NCBI GenBank assembly: GCA_963718235.1
Contig: CAVQYR010000001.1
Coordinates: 672,001 to 736,000 of the forward strand
DNA: 64,000 nucleotides
Direction: 5' to 3'
From: an uncultured Actinomycetota bacterium
Lineage (GTDB): Bacteria; Actinomycetota; Actinomycetes; JAHEKZ01
Part shown: piece after piece, positions 39,509-50,184 of the stretch
Numbering within the stretch: the first letter of the stretch is position 1
How the letters are laid out: each line of letters starts with the position of its first letter
Position numbers and translations under genes: made by a program
The notes under the pieces: generated by a model
Seen by the model: only the letters and a program-made list of their open reading frames with translations
What the model was told of the DNA's origin: nothing
Databases searched by the model: none

Positions 39509-40107
39509 TGACTGACACTGCAACCGAGGCGAGTCCGCAGACCTCGGCGACCGAAGCCCGGCCCTACCCGCGGCTGAAGCTGAGGTACCGCGAGGAGATC
39601 GTCCCCGCGCTTCGCGAGGAGTTCGGCTTCGGCAACGTCATGCAGGTGCCCGGCGTGGTCAAGGTCGTCGTCAACATGGGCGTCGGAGAGGCGGCCCGCG
39701 ACTCCAAACTGATCGAGGGCGCGGTCAAGGACCTCGCCGTGGTCACCGGGCAGAAGCCCACGGTGACCAAGGCCAGGAAGTCGATCGCCCAGTTCAAGCT
39801 GCGTGAGGGGATGCCCATCGGCGCTCACGTGACACTGCGCGGCGACCGCATGTGGGAGTTCCTCGACCGGCTGCTGACCACCGCGCTGCCGCGTATCCGT
39901 GACTTCCGAGGTCTGTCGCCCAGGCAGTTCGACGGCAACGGCAACTACACCTTCGGTCTCAACGAGCAGAGCATGTTCCACGAGATCGACCCGGACGCGA
40001 TCGACCGTGTCCGTGGCATGGACATCACCGTGGTGACGTCCGCACAGACCGACGACGAGGGACGCGCACTGCTGCGCTCTCTCGGCTTCCCGTTCAAGGA
40101 GTCCTGA
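39508..40107 (+). CDS. rplE: 50S ribosomal protein L5
   Basis: [27 protein letters not shown]. Confidence 0.98.
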   Translation: MTDTATEASPQTSATEARPYPRLKLRYREEIVPALREEFGFGNVMQVPGVVKVVVNMGVGEAARDSKLIEGAVKDLAVVTGQKPTVTKARKSIAQFKLREGMPIGAHVTLRGDRMWEFLDRLLTTALPRIRDFRGLSPRQFDGNGNYTFGLNEQSMFHEIDPDAIDRVRGMDITVVTSAQTDDEGRALLRSLGFPFKES

Positions 40108-40109
40108 CC

Positions 40110-40296
40110 GTGGCCAAGAAGGCGCTGATCGAGAAGGCCGCAGCGCAAGCCGAAGTTCAAGGTGCGTGCGTACACGCGATGCAGCGTGTGCGGTCGACCT
40201 CACTCGGTGTACCGCAAGTTCGGGCTCTGCCGCGTGTGCCTGCGCAACATGGCACACCGTGGGGAGCTCCCCGGCATCACCAAGAGCAGCTGGTAA
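40110..40296 (+). CDS. rpsN: 30S ribosomal protein S14 type Z, one extra base near 40140-40146
   Basis: [11 protein letters not shown] / [50 protein letters not shown]; 187 nt = 186+1. Confidence 0.93.
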
Positions 40297-40359
40297 CCAT
40301 TCCTACGCCGCAGGTCCGCACGACGCGGATACCACGGTGAGAGAGACCACAGGCCAACC

Positions 40360-40762
40360 ATGACCATGACCGACCCGATCGCCGACATGTTGACGCGACT
40401 GCGCAACGCGAACTCGGCGTACCACGAAGCGTGAGCCATGCCCTCGAGCAAGATCAAGCTCGGCATCGCTGAGATCCTCAAGCAGGAGGGCTACGTCGAG
40501 CGGCTGGCACGTCGAGCCCACCGAAGTGGGCTCTGGCACGCTGGTCATCGACCTGAAGTTCGGGCCGACCCGCGAGCGCTCCATCGCCGGCATCCGCCGG
40601 ATCAGCAAGCCCGGTCTTCGGGTCTATGCCAAGTCGACCAACCTGCCGAAGGTCCTCGGTGGTCTGGGCGTCGCGATCATCTCGACGTCGTCCGGCCTGC
40701 TGACCGACCGTCAGGCAGCCAAGCAGAACGTGGGCGGGGAAGTCCTCGCCTACGTCTGGTAG
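40360..40762 (+). CDS. rpsH: 30S ribosomal protein S8, in-frame TGA at 40432 and frameshift near 40501
   Basis: [60 protein letters not shown] in pieces. Confidence 0.93.
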
Positions 40763-40778
40763 CGGGAGGAGCCCGACC

Positions 40779-41318
40779 ATGTCACGCATCGGCCGTCTCC
40801 CGGTCGTCGTCCCCAGCGGGGTCGACGTCACCATCGAAGGTCAAGACGTCGCGGTCAAGGGTCCCAAGGGAGCCTTGAGCCTCACGATCAGCGAGCCCAT
40901 CACCATCGAGCGGGGTGACGACGGCTCCCTGTCGATCGCCCGGCCCGACGACGAGCGTCGCAACAAGTCCCTGCACGGGCTCACCCGTACCCTGGTGGCC
41001 AACATGGTCGCCGGGGTCACCGAGGGCTTCGAGCGCAAGCTCGAGATCGTCGGTGTCGGCTACCGGGTCCAGGCCAAGGGCAAGGACCTCGAGTTCGCCC
41101 TCGGGTTCAGCCATCCGGTCCTGGTCGCGGCACCCGACGGCATCACGTTCGCCGTCGAGAGCCCGACCAAGTTCTCGGTCACCGGAATCGACAAGCAGCA
41201 GGTCGGCCAGGTGGCGGCCAACATTCGCAAGCTGCGCAAGCCCGAGCCTTACAAGGGCAAGGGTATTCGCTACGCGGGCGAGCACGTCCGTCGCAAGGTC
41301 GGAAAGGCTGGTAAGTAG
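40779..41318 (+). CDS. rplF: 50S ribosomal protein L6
   Basis: [22 protein letters not shown]. Confidence 0.99.
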   Translation: MSRIGRLPVVVPSGVDVTIEGQDVAVKGPKGALSLTISEPITIERGDDGSLSIARPDDERRNKSLHGLTRTLVANMVAGVTEGFERKLEIVGVGYRVQAKGKDLEFALGFSHPVLVAAPDGITFAVESPTKFSVTGIDKQQVGQVAANIRKLRKPEPYKGKGIRYAGEHVRRKVGKAGK

Positions 41319-41320
41319 TC

Positions 41321-41701
41321 ATGGCCGTCGGTGTGAGTTCACGTCGGGCGAATCCGAAGCAGGTGTCGCGTGCGCGACGCCACCTTCGGGTCCGCAAGAA
41401 GGTCGAGGGCACGACTGCCCGTCCACGTCTGGTCGCCTCGCGCTCCAGCCGGCACCTGTTCGTCCAGGTGGTCGACGACAGCGTCGGCCGCACGCTGGCA
41501 TCGGCATCCACGATGGAGGAGGCCGTCCGCTCGGCAGGAGGCGACAAGACCGCACAGGCTCGTCAGGTCGGGTCGCTGATCGCTGATCGCGCGAAGGCCG
41601 CCGGCGTCGAGCAGGTCGTGTTCGACCGTGGTGGCAACCGCTACCACGGCCGCATCGCAGCACTCGCCGAAGGCGCCCGCGACAGCGGGCTCGTCTTCTG
41701 A
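41321..41701 (+). CDS. rplR: 50S ribosomal protein L18
   Basis: [19 protein letters not shown]. Confidence 0.98.
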   Translation: MAVGVSSRRANPKQVSRARRHLRVRKKVEGTTARPRLVASRSSRHLFVQVVDDSVGRTLASASTMEEAVRSAGGDKTAQARQVGSLIADRAKAAGVEQVVFDRGGNRYHGRIAALAEGARDSGLVF

Positions 41702-41735
41702 CCACCCAGCTGACCGAAGGAAGAGGAACCAGAGC

Positions 41736-42329
41736 ATGAGCGGACCTCAGCGCCGCGGCAGTGCCGGTGGCGATCGTCGTCGCGACAACCGCCGCGGAGA
41801 CGCTGCAGAGAAGAACGCCTACATCGAGCGAGTCGTGGCGATCAACCGCGTCGCGAAGGTCGTCAAGGGTGGTCGGCGCTTCAGCTTCACCGCCCTGGTC
41901 GTCGTCGGCGACGGCGACGGAACCGTCGGCGTGGGCTACGGCAAGGCCAAGGAGGTTCCGGCCGCGATCGCCAAGGGAGTCGAGGAGGCCAAGAAGAACT
42001 TCTTCAAGGTCCCCCGGATCCAAGGCACCATCACCCACCCGATCCAGGGTGAGGCAGCGGCCGGCGTCGTCCTGCTGAAGCCGGCCGCACCCGGTACCGG
42101 CGTCATCGCCGGCGGACCGGTGCGGGCCGTGCTGGAGGCAGCCGGCATCCACGACGTGCTGAGCAAGTCGCTCGGCTCGTCCAACGCCATCAACATCGTG
42201 CACGCCACGGTGGCGGCGCTGAAGGGTCTCGAGCGTCCCGAGGAGGTCGCGGCCCGCCGTGGCCTGCCCCTGGAGGACGTCGCTCCCGAAGGCCTCCTGC
42301 GCGCCCGTGCGGCCGGAATGAGCGCGTGA
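41736..42329 (+). CDS. rpsE: 30S ribosomal protein S5
   Basis: [24 protein letters not shown]. Confidence 0.99.
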   Translation: MSGPQRRGSAGGDRRRDNRRGDAAEKNAYIERVVAINRVAKVVKGGRRFSFTALVVVGDGDGTVGVGYGKAKEVPAAIAKGVEEAKKNFFKVPRIQGTITHPIQGEAAAGVVLLKPAAPGTGVIAGGPVRAVLEAAGIHDVLSKSLGSSNAINIVHATVAALKGLERPEEVAARRGLPLEDVAPEGLLRARAAGMSA

Positions 42330-42511
42330 TGGCTCGGTTGAAGGTGACTCAACGAAAGTCCAAGGTCGGTGGCAGTCACAGCCAGCGCGAGACCCTGCGT
42401 TCCCTGGGTCTCAAGCGGATCGGTGACGTCGTCGTCAAGGAGGACCGCCCCGAGATCCGTGGGATGGTCAGCACGGTGTCGCACCTCGTCACCGTCGAGG
42501 AGGTCGACTGA
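42329..42511 (+). CDS. rpmD: 50S ribosomal protein L30
   Basis: [23 protein letters not shown]. Confidence 0.97.
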   Translation: MARLKVTQRKSKVGGSHSQRETLRSLGLKRIGDVVVKEDRPEIRGMVSTVSHLVTVEEVD

Positions 42512-42512
42512 C

Positions 42513-42953
42513 ATGACAGTGAAGGTTCATCACCTGCGTCCGGCTCCGGGCGCCAAGAAGGCCAAGACCCGGGTCGGTCGTGGCGAGGGGTCCAAGGGCA
42601 AGACCGCCGGCCGAGGCACCAAGGGCACCAAGGCGCGCTACCAGGTGCCCGCGAGCTTCGAGGGCGGCCAGATGCCCCTGCACATGCGCCTGCCGAAGCT
42701 GCGCGGCTTCAAGAACCCGTTCCGGGTCGAGTACCAGGTGGTCAACCTGGACAAGCTCGCGGCGCTGTTCCCGGCCGGTGGCGAGGTGGGTGTCGACGAC
42801 CTCGTGGCCAAGGGTGCGGTGCGCAAGGACCGCCCCGTGAAGGTGCTGGGCACCGGCGACGTCAGCGTGGCCCTCCAGGTGAGCGCTCACGCGTTCTCCG
42901 GATCGGCCAAGACCAAGATCGCGGCTGCGGGCGGGAGCACCACAGAGCTCTGA
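42513..42953 (+). CDS. rplO: 50S ribosomal protein L15
   Basis: [30 protein letters not shown]. Confidence 0.98.
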   Translation: MTVKVHHLRPAPGAKKAKTRVGRGEGSKGKTAGRGTKGTKARYQVPASFEGGQMPLHMRLPKLRGFKNPFRVEYQVVNLDKLAALFPAGGEVGVDDLVAKGAVRKDRPVKVLGTGDVSVALQVSAHAFSGSAKTKIAAAGGSTTEL

Positions 42954-43002
42954 CGGTGCGTTATCGTCGCTGACACTTCGATCCGTTCGCTGGAGGCCAT
43001 CA

Positions 43003-44295
43003 GTGCTGTCCGTCTTCGCGCAGGCATTCCGGACTCCGGACCTGCGCACGAAGATCCTCTTCGCGCTGGCCATGATCGCGATCTACCGGGTCGGTTCGTA
43101 CGTCCCCACGCCGGGGGTCGACTACCCGGCGGTCCAGACCTGCATCAAGTCGGTCCAGGGGGACAGCCTCTACGCCCTGATCAACCTGTTCAGTGGCGGA
43201 GCGCTTCTGCAGCTGTCGATCTTCGCACTCGGGATCATGCCGTACATCACCGCGAGCATCATCCTGCAGCTGCTCGTGGTGGTGATCCCGCGTCTGGAGG
43301 CCCTCAAGAAGGAGGGCCAGTCCGGCACGGCGAAGATCACCCAGTACACCCGCTACCTCACGATCGGCCTGAGCGTCCTCCAGGCCACGGGCATCGTGGC
43401 CCTCGCCCGTTCGAACCAGCTCATCCAGGGCTGCCCCGAGGACATCATCCCCAACCAGTCGCTCCCGGTGATCTTGACCATGGTCATCGTCCTGGTGGCC
43501 GGCGCCACGGTGGTCATGTGGCTCGGTGAGCTGATCACCGACCGAGGCATCGGGAACGGCATGTCGCTGATCATCTTCACCTCGATCGTCGCCGGCTTCC
43601 CGGCCCAGATGTCGGTGATCTTCTCCAGCGCCGGTCCGATCCAGTTCCTGGTCGTCCTGCTGGTCGGTCTCGCGATCGTGGCCTTCGTGGTGCTGATGGA
43701 GCAGGGGCAACGACGGATCCCGGTGCAGTACGCCAAGCGGATGGTCGGTCGCAAGATGTACGGCGGCAGCTCGACCTACATCCCGATCAAGGTGAACCAG
43801 GCCGGCGTGATCCCGGTCATCTTCGCCTCGTCGCTGATGTACCTGCCCGTGCTCTTCGTCACCCTGACCAACAGCACCGGGGGATTCGCCCAGTGGGTCG
43901 AGGCACACCTCGTACGGGGCACCGGTGCCATCTACTCGGTGATCTTCTTCCTGCTCGTGGTCTTCTTCACCTACTTCTACACCGCGATCACGTTCAACCC
44001 CGACGAGATCGCCGACAACATGAAGAAGTACGGCGGATTCATCCCAGGGATCAGGGCCGGCAAGCCGACCGCGCAGTATCTCGACTACGTCCTGACCCGG
44101 CTGACGTCCGTGGGCTCGCTGTACCTGGGTGCCATCGCCGTGCTGCCGCTCGTGGCCTTCGCCAGTCTCGGGCAGGGGCAGAACTTCATCTTCGGCGGCA
44201 CGAGCATCCTGATCATGGTCGGCGTCGGCCTGGACACGGTCAAGCAGATCGAGAGCCAGCTGCAGCAGCGAAGCTACGAAGGGTTCCTGCGCTAG
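43003..44295 (+). CDS. secY: Preprotein translocase SecY
   Basis: SIFALGIMPYITASII, GIGNGMSLIIF, GGFIPGIRAG, GGTSILI. Confidence 0.99.
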   Translation: MLSVFAQAFRTPDLRTKILFALAMIAIYRVGSYVPTPGVDYPAVQTCIKSVQGDSLYALINLFSGGALLQLSIFALGIMPYITASIILQLLVVVIPRLEALKKEGQSGTAKITQYTRYLTIGLSVLQATGIVALARSNQLIQGCPEDIIPNQSLPVILTMVIVLVAGATVVMWLGELITDRGIGNGMSLIIFTSIVAGFPAQMSVIFSSAGPIQFLVVLLVGLAIVAFVVLMEQGQRRIPVQYAKRMVGRKMYGGSSTYIPIKVNQAGVIPVIFASSLMYLPVLFVTLTNSTGGFAQWVEAHLVRGTGAIYSVIFFLLVVFFTYFYTAITFNPDEIADNMKKYGGFIPGIRAGKPTAQYLDYVLTRLTSVGSLYLGAIAVLPLVAFASLGQGQNFIFGGTSILIMVGVGLDTVKQIESQLQQRSYEGFLR

Positions 44296-44858
44296 TGAGG
44301 CTCGTCCTGGTCGGCCCCCCGGGTGCGGGCAAGGGCACGCAGGCTGCTGTCGTGGCCGACCGCCTCGGCATACCGCACATCTCCACCGGGGACCTCTTCC
44401 GGGCCAACGTCTCCGGCGCGACCACTCTGGGGCTGGAGGCGCAGGCGTACCTCGACGCCGGTGCGCTCGTCCCGGACTCGGTCACCAACGCGATGGTCGA
44501 GGGCCGCTTCGGCGCCAGCGATGTCGACACGGGGTTCCTGCTCGACGGGTACCCCCGTAACCCCGCTCAGGTGGGCGTGCTCGACCAGATGCTGGCCAAG
44601 CGAGGCTGGTCCCTCGACCACGTCGTCGAGCTGGTCGTCGACCGGGACGAGGTCACCCGGCGGCTGCTGCGGCGGGCTCGAGAGCTCGGCCGCTCCGACG
44701 ACACCGCCGAGGTCGTGGCCGCACGCTTCGACGTCTATGACCAGGAGACGTCGCCGATCGTGGCCGTCTACCGCGGTCAGGGGCTCCTGCGGATCATCGA
44801 CGGCATGGGCGACGTCGACGAGGTCACTCGGCGCATCCTCGACGAGATCGGTGACTGA
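44295..44858 (+). CDS. adk: Adenylate kinase (short LID)
   Basis: GPPGAGKGTQ, HISTGDLFR, FLLDGYPR, RSDD. Confidence 0.96.
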   Translation: MRLVLVGPPGAGKGTQAAVVADRLGIPHISTGDLFRANVSGATTLGLEAQAYLDAGALVPDSVTNAMVEGRFGASDVDTGFLLDGYPRNPAQVGVLDQMLAKRGWSLDHVVELVVDRDEVTRRLLRRARELGRSDDTAEVVAARFDVYDQETSPIVAVYRGQGLLRIIDGMGDVDEVTRRILDEIGD

Positions 44859-44866
44859 AGGCCGCC

Positions 44867-45682
44867 ATGTTCGGCCGACGTGAGCAGATCGAGGTCAAGT
44901 CGCCCGAGCAGCTGCAGGCGATGCGTGCGGCCGGGCTCGTGGTGGCTGACGCCCTGGCCGCGGTGGCCGCCGCCCTCACCCCTGGCGTCACCACCGGTCA
45001 GCTCGACGCCGTGGCGGCCGACGTGATCAAGACCGCGGGCGCGACCCCCTCCTTTCTCGGGTACCACGGGTTCCCGGCCACCATCTGCACGTCGGTGAAC
45101 GACGAGATCGTGCACGGGATCCCGGGTAGCCGGGTGATCGCCGAGGGCGACCTCGTGTCCGTCGACTGCGGGGCGATCGTCGACGGCTGGCACGGTGATG
45201 CCGCGCTCACCCTCGCCGCGGGTGAGGTCGACCCGGCCCAACGGCAGCTGATGGCGGTCACCGAGAACGCCCTGTGGGCCGGGCTGGCCCAGGCCCGGGC
45301 CGGCGGACGGCTCTCCGACATCGGGCACGCGGTCGAGCGGTCGGTCCGGGCGGTCGGGCCGTTCGGCATCGTCGAGGAGTACGTCGGGCACGGCATCGGG
45401 TCCTCGATGCACATGGAGCCGAGCGTTCCCAACTACGGTCGCCCCGGCCACGGACCGCGGTTGGTGGCCGGCATGGCCCTGGCCGTGGAGCCGATGGTGA
45501 CCCTGGGACAGCGGCACACCCGGCTGCTCGACGACGACTGGACGGTGGTCACGGCCGACGGAACCCGGGCCGCGCACTTCGAGCACACCGTGGCGATCAC
45601 CCTTGAGGGCCCCTGGGTGCTGACGGCGCACGACGGGGGCGCCGAGCGGCTCTCCGTCCTCGGGGTCCCCACTCCCGCCTGA
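44867..45682 (+). CDS. map: Methionine aminopeptidase type I
   Basis: SVNDEIVHGIP, YVGHGIG, AVEPM, AAHFEHT. Confidence 0.97.
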   Translation: MFGRREQIEVKSPEQLQAMRAAGLVVADALAAVAAALTPGVTTGQLDAVAADVIKTAGATPSFLGYHGFPATICTSVNDEIVHGIPGSRVIAEGDLVSVDCGAIVDGWHGDAALTLAAGEVDPAQRQLMAVTENALWAGLAQARAGGRLSDIGHAVERSVRAVGPFGIVEEYVGHGIGSSMHMEPSVPNYGRPGHGPRLVAGMALAVEPMVTLGQRHTRLLDDDWTVVTADGTRAAHFEHTVAITLEGPWVLTAHDGGAERLSVLGVPTPA

Positions 45683-45719
45683 GCCCAGGAACCCGCATTT
45701 CCGAGTTTGACGATCGGGA

Positions 45720-45770
45720 TTGCAAAGCGAGGATCCCTCTGGCATCCTATTCCAACTAAGTCACTAGGAA
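45720..45770 (+). promoter_or_regulatory. Promoter plus imperfect palindromic operator upstream of TauE gene
   Basis: TTGCAA-17bp-CATCCT, then TTCCAACTAAGTCACTAGGAA (45750-45770, 14/20 self-complementary). Confidence 0.55.
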
Positions 45771-45780
45771 AGGTGTCACC

Positions 45781-46698
45781 ATGTGGTTCTTCGCGGCGTT
45801 CGCGCTCGCCGGCGGTGCAGCCCAGTTCGTCGACGGAACGCTGGGGATGGGCTTCGGTGTCACGTCGGCCACGATCCTGCTCTACATGGGCGTCAGTGCT
45901 GCGGCGGCCTCCGCCGCCACCCACATGGCCAAGCTCCCGACCACCTTCGTGTCCGGGCTCACCCACTGGCGCCAGGGCAACGTCGACCAGGCCACCTTCA
46001 TCCGGATCGCCATCCCCGGAGGCATCGCTGCCTTCCTGGGCGCCGTGGTGCTGGTCAACCTCAGCCTCGAAGCGGCCAAGACCTGGATGGCTGGGCTCCT
46101 GATCTTCTTCGGTCTGGTGATCCTGCTTCGCTTCGGGTTCAACAAGCGGCTCATCCCGGCACCGGAGCGCGGTCACAGTGCGCGGTGGCTCAGCCCCCTC
46201 GGCGCCCTCGGCGGCTTCACCGACTCGATGGGCGGTGGCGGCTGGGGGCCGGTCGTGACCCCGTCGGTGATGACGGTCACCCACCACGAGCCACGCAAGG
46301 TGGTCGGCTCGGTGAACGCCGCGGAGTTCGTGGTGGCGGTCTGCGCCTCCCTCGGCTTCCTCACCGGTGCCGAGCGGATCGAGGAGGACATGCCCTGGCT
46401 AGCGGTGCTGGGCCTGATTGCCGGTGGCGTGGTGGTCGCTCCGTTCGCCGCACGGCTCGCCGGGCGCCTTCCGCACCACGTGATGGGGACGCTGGTCGGT
46501 GGTCTGATGCTGATCGTGAACGGCAGCGTGCTCGCCAAGGCCTTCGGGGTGTCGGGCGCGGTGAGCCTGCTGGTCGCCGCGGGAGCCCTCCTGGTGACCG
46601 CCCTCATCGCGTGGCGCGCCTACGGCTACGACCGGGCCGAACGAGCCCGTCGCTCGCACGCCGACGCGGAGGCACCCGCGCTGGAGCACCTGCCCTAG
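45781..46698 (+). CDS. TauE/SafE family sulfite/organosulfur exporter
   Basis: AQFVDGTLGMGFGV and second repeat GFTDSMGGGGWGP; multiple TM helices. Confidence 0.88.
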   Translation: MWFFAAFALAGGAAQFVDGTLGMGFGVTSATILLYMGVSAAAASAATHMAKLPTTFVSGLTHWRQGNVDQATFIRIAIPGGIAAFLGAVVLVNLSLEAAKTWMAGLLIFFGLVILLRFGFNKRLIPAPERGHSARWLSPLGALGGFTDSMGGGGWGPVVTPSVMTVTHHEPRKVVGSVNAAEFVVAVCASLGFLTGAERIEEDMPWLAVLGLIAGGVVVAPFAARLAGRLPHHVMGTLVGGLMLIVNGSVLAKAFGVSGAVSLLVAAGALLVTALIAWRAYGYDRAERARRSHADAEAPALEHLP

Positions 46699-46944
46699 CG
46701 CTGCCGAGCGTGGGGCCGGGGGGTTCGGGCACCGGATTGGCCTTTCGACCATCGTCTCCCGTAGACTGCCCTGTCGGCTTCCAGCCGTCGTTTCCCGCGC
46801 GCCGTTCACCGGCCGATCTGATCGGCCGGGCGGCTGGAGCGCCCGCGCGAGACGGCTGAGCGAGCCAGAAGAGCGCAACCCGTTCGGGGGCACCCTGCCG
46901 TCGAACACCCCGAGGTGAACGCCCGTGAGGGTGCGAAAGGAAGC

Positions 46945-47166
46945 ATGGCCAAGAAGGAAGGTGCCATCGAGATCGAGGGCACCGTCGTGGAGTCTCTCCC
47001 GAACGCAATGTTTCGGGTGGAGCTCGCCAACGGCCACAAGGTCCTCGCGCACATCAGCGGCAAGATGCGCCAGCACTACATCCGGATCCTCCCCGAGGAC
47101 CGGGTCGTGGTGGAGCTGAGCCCGTACGACCTCACCCGCGGACGCATCGTCTACCGATACAAGTGA
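46945..47166 (+). CDS. infA: Translation initiation factor IF-1
   Basis: [33 protein letters not shown]. Confidence 0.99.
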   Translation: MAKKEGAIEIEGTVVESLPNAMFRVELANGHKVLAHISGKMRQHYIRILPEDRVVVELSPYDLTRGRIVYRYK

Positions 47167-47203
47167 CCCATCCTCAGCACCAACCGACGCCCGGAGATCG
47201 ACG

Positions 47204-47318
47204 ATGAAGGTCAAGCCGAGCGTCAAGAGCGATGTGTGACAAGTGCAAGGTGATTCGCCGTCACGGACGAGTCATGGTGATCTGCGAGAACCTGCGCCAC
47301 AAGCAGCGCCAGGGCTGA
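47204..47318 (+). CDS. rpmJ: 50S ribosomal protein L36, one extra base near 47228-47231
   Basis: MKVKPSVK / [28 protein letters not shown]; 115 nt = 114+1. Confidence 0.93.
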
Positions 47319-47548
47319 CCGCGGCTCACGGCACGGGCATCGCGGCGACGCAGCATCACGTGCACGACAACTGAGCACGACAACTGAACAGCACCACCCG
47401 ACAAGGGCTGTACCCGACCCCGGCACCGATCGTCACCACGACCGATGTCGGACGCCACCCCCGGACGAAGGCCGGGGACCGCGCCGCGGCAACGCGTCTC
47501 GGACCGGTGCGGCTCACAGACCCCGACAGCTGCAAGGAGCACCTATTC

Positions 47549-47929
47549 ATGGCACGCCTCGTAGGCGTCGACCTGCCGCGCGACAAGCGCATCGTGATCG
47601 CCCTCACGTACATCTTCGGGATCGGGCGGACCAGGTCCACCGAGACCCTCGCCGCGACCGGGATCGACCCCAACACTCGCGTCTCCGACCTCACCGACGC
47701 ACAGCTGGTCGCCCTGCGCGACCACATCGAGGACCACTACCAGGTCGAAGGTGACCTCCGCCGCGAGGTGCAGGCCGACATCCGACGCAAGGTCGAGATC
47801 GGCTCCTACCAGGGCATTCGGCACCGCCGAGGCCTGCCGGTCCACGGTCAGCGCACCCACACCAACGCCCGGTCCCGCAAGGGACCACGCAAGGCCGTTG
47901 CCGGTAAGAAGAAGGCAGTCAAGAAGTAG
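47549..47929 (+). CDS. rpsM: 30S ribosomal protein S13
   Basis: [25 protein letters not shown]. Confidence 0.99.
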   Translation: MARLVGVDLPRDKRIVIALTYIFGIGRTRSTETLAATGIDPNTRVSDLTDAQLVALRDHIEDHYQVEGDLRREVQADIRRKVEIGSYQGIRHRRGLPVHGQRTHTNARSRKGPRKAVAGKKKAVKK

Positions 47930-48001
47930 TAGCCGCAGGTCCGACCCGGGCAACCGCCCGCACGAGATCGCGGACCGACGACCTCAGGAGTCACCAGCCT
48001 C

Positions 48002-48403
48002 ATGCCACCCAAGAGCAAGACCGGCGCCAAGAAGACGCGTCGCAAGGAAAAGAAGAACGTCGCGCACGGACACGCGCACATCAAGAGCACGTTCAACAAC
48101 ACGATCGTGTCGATCACCGACCCCACGGGTGCGGTGATCTCCTGGGCCTCGGCCGGCCAGGTCGGGTTCAAGGGCTCCCGCAAGTCGACGCCCTTCGCCG
48201 CCCAGATGACCGCCGAGGCCGCCGCCCGACGGGCGCAGGAGCACGGCATGCGCAAGGTCGACGTCTTCGTCAAGGGCCCCGGCTCCGGGCGAGAGACCGC
48301 GATCCGTGCGCTCCAGGCTGCCGGCCTGGAGGTCGGCTCCATCCAGGACGTCACGCCAGCGCCGTTCAACGGCTGCCGCCCGTCCAAGCGCCGTCGAGTC
48401 TGA
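48002..48403 (+). CDS. rpsK: 30S ribosomal protein S11
   Basis: [30 protein letters not shown]. Confidence 0.99.
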   Translation: MPPKSKTGAKKTRRKEKKNVAHGHAHIKSTFNNTIVSITDPTGAVISWASAGQVGFKGSRKSTPFAAQMTAEAAARRAQEHGMRKVDVFVKGPGSGRETAIRALQAAGLEVGSIQDVTPAPFNGCRPSKRRRV

Positions 48404-48431
48404 CCCGAGAACCAGGAGTAACGGACACCCC

Positions 48432-49058
48432 ATGGCCAGGTACACCGGAGCCGACTGCCGCAAGTGCCGTCGCGCAAAGATGAAGCTCTACCTCAAGGGC
48501 GCAAAGTGCGACTCACCGAAGTGCCCCTTCGAGATCCGCCCCTACCCTCCCGGCCAGCACGGTCGCGGGCGCAGCAAGGACAGCGAGTACCTGCTCCAGC
48601 TGCGCGAGAAGCAGAAGGCCAAGCAGATCTACGGCGTGCTCGAGCGTCAGTTCCGCGACTACTACGTCGAGGCGACGACCCGCAAGGGCAAGACCGGCGA
48701 CAACCTGCTGCGCATCCTCGAGTCCCGCCTGGACAACGTCGTGTACCGCGCGGGCTTCGCCAAGTCGAGGGACATGGCCCGCCAGCTGGTGCGTCACGGT
48801 CACCTCACGGTCAACGGCCGCAAGGTCGACGTGCCGTCGTACCGGGTGTCGGACACGGACATCGTTGAGGTGCGCGCGAGCTCCCTGGAGCTCACCCCGT
48901 TCGTGGTGGCCAGGGCCGAGGCCGGCGAGCGCACCGTGCCCGCCTGGCTGGAGGTCATCCCCAACCGGATGCGCATCCTCGTGCACGCCATGCCGGTGCG
49001 CCAGCAGATCGACACCCAGATCCAAGAGCAGCTGATCGTCGAGCTCTACTCGAAGTAG
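48432..49058 (+). CDS. rpsD: 30S ribosomal protein S4, zinc-binding form
   Basis: MARYTGADCRKCRR...KC...KC, LESRLDNVVYR, IVELYSK. Confidence 0.98.
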   Translation: MARYTGADCRKCRRAKMKLYLKGAKCDSPKCPFEIRPYPPGQHGRGRSKDSEYLLQLREKQKAKQIYGVLERQFRDYYVEATTRKGKTGDNLLRILESRLDNVVYRAGFAKSRDMARQLVRHGHLTVNGRKVDVPSYRVSDTDIVEVRASSLELTPFVVARAEAGERTVPAWLEVIPNRMRILVHAMPVRQQIDTQIQEQLIVELYSK

Positions 49059-49122
49059 TCCCTGAGCTCAACGAGCTCACCCGTGGCGTCATATAGCGGA
49101 CGCCTCGAACCAGGAGGAACCC

Positions 49123-50137
49123 TTGCTCATCGCACAGCGGCCCATGCTGGCCGAAGACGTCGTCAACGAGTACCGCTCCCGCTTCGTGCTGGAGCCGCTC
49201 GAGCCGGGCTTCGGCTACACCCTCGGCAACTCCCTGCGTCGCACCCTGCTCTCGTCCATCCCCGGTGCGGCGGTCACGTCGATCCGCGTCGACGGCGTGC
49301 TCCACGAGTTCACCACGGTCCCCGGCGTCAAGGAGGACGTCACCGACCTCGTGCTTGAACATCAAGGAGCTCGTCGTCAGCTCCGAGCACGACGAGCCCG
49401 TCGTGATGTACCTGCGCAAGCAGGGTCCGGGCGTCGTCACCGCCGCTGACATCGCGCCCCCGGCCGGGGTCGAGGTGCACAACCCCGAGCTCGTGCTCGC
49501 CACCCTCAACGGCAAGGGCAAGCTCGAGATGGAGCTCACCGTCGAGCGTGGTCGCGGCTACGTTCGGGCCGAGCTGAACAAGACCCCGGGCCAGGAGATC
49601 GGACGCATCCCCGTCGACTCGATCTACAGCCCGGTGCTCAAGGTCAGCTACAAGGTCGAGGCGACCCGGGTCGAGCAGCGCACCGACTTCGACCGGTTGG
49701 TCATCGACGTGGAGACCAAGTCGAGCATGTACCCGCGCGACGCGGTCGCCAGTGCCGGCAAGACCCTGGTCGAGCTGTTCGGGCTGTTCCGCGAGCTGAA
49801 CATCGACGTCGAGGGCATCGACATGGGCCCGTCGCCGGCCGACGCCGCGCTGGCCGCCGACCTCGCCCTGCCGATCGAGGAGCTCGACCTGACGGTGCGC
49901 TCCTACAACTGCCTCAAGCGCGAGGGCATCCACACCGTGGGTGAGCTCGTGAGCCGCAGCGAGGCCGACCTGCTCGACATCCGCAACTTCGGTTCGAAGT
50001 CCATCGACGAGGTCAAGGCCAAGCTCGTCGGCCTGGGCCTGGCCCTCAAGGACAGCCCTCCCGGGTTCGACCCGAGCGCGATCGTCGACGCCTACGGCGA
50101 CGACGACTCCAGCTTCGCCGAGACCGAGCAGTACTGA
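49123..50137 (+). CDS. rpoA: RNA polymerase alpha subunit, one extra base near 49355
   Basis: [18 protein letters not shown]...[11 protein letters not shown] / NIKELV...[16 protein letters not shown]; 1015 nt = 1014+1. Confidence 0.95.
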
Positions 50138-50184
50138 TCTGTCCGTGAGACCGGGACTGCCCGGGGAGTCAAGGAGTCATGACC

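Noticed and set aside
40432-40434. In-frame TGA in rpsH as selenocysteine or readthrough
   Set aside because: Explained by adjacent compensating indels (GA-AGC-GTG-AGC-C-ATG restores the expected S-V-S-M); a further frameshift follows
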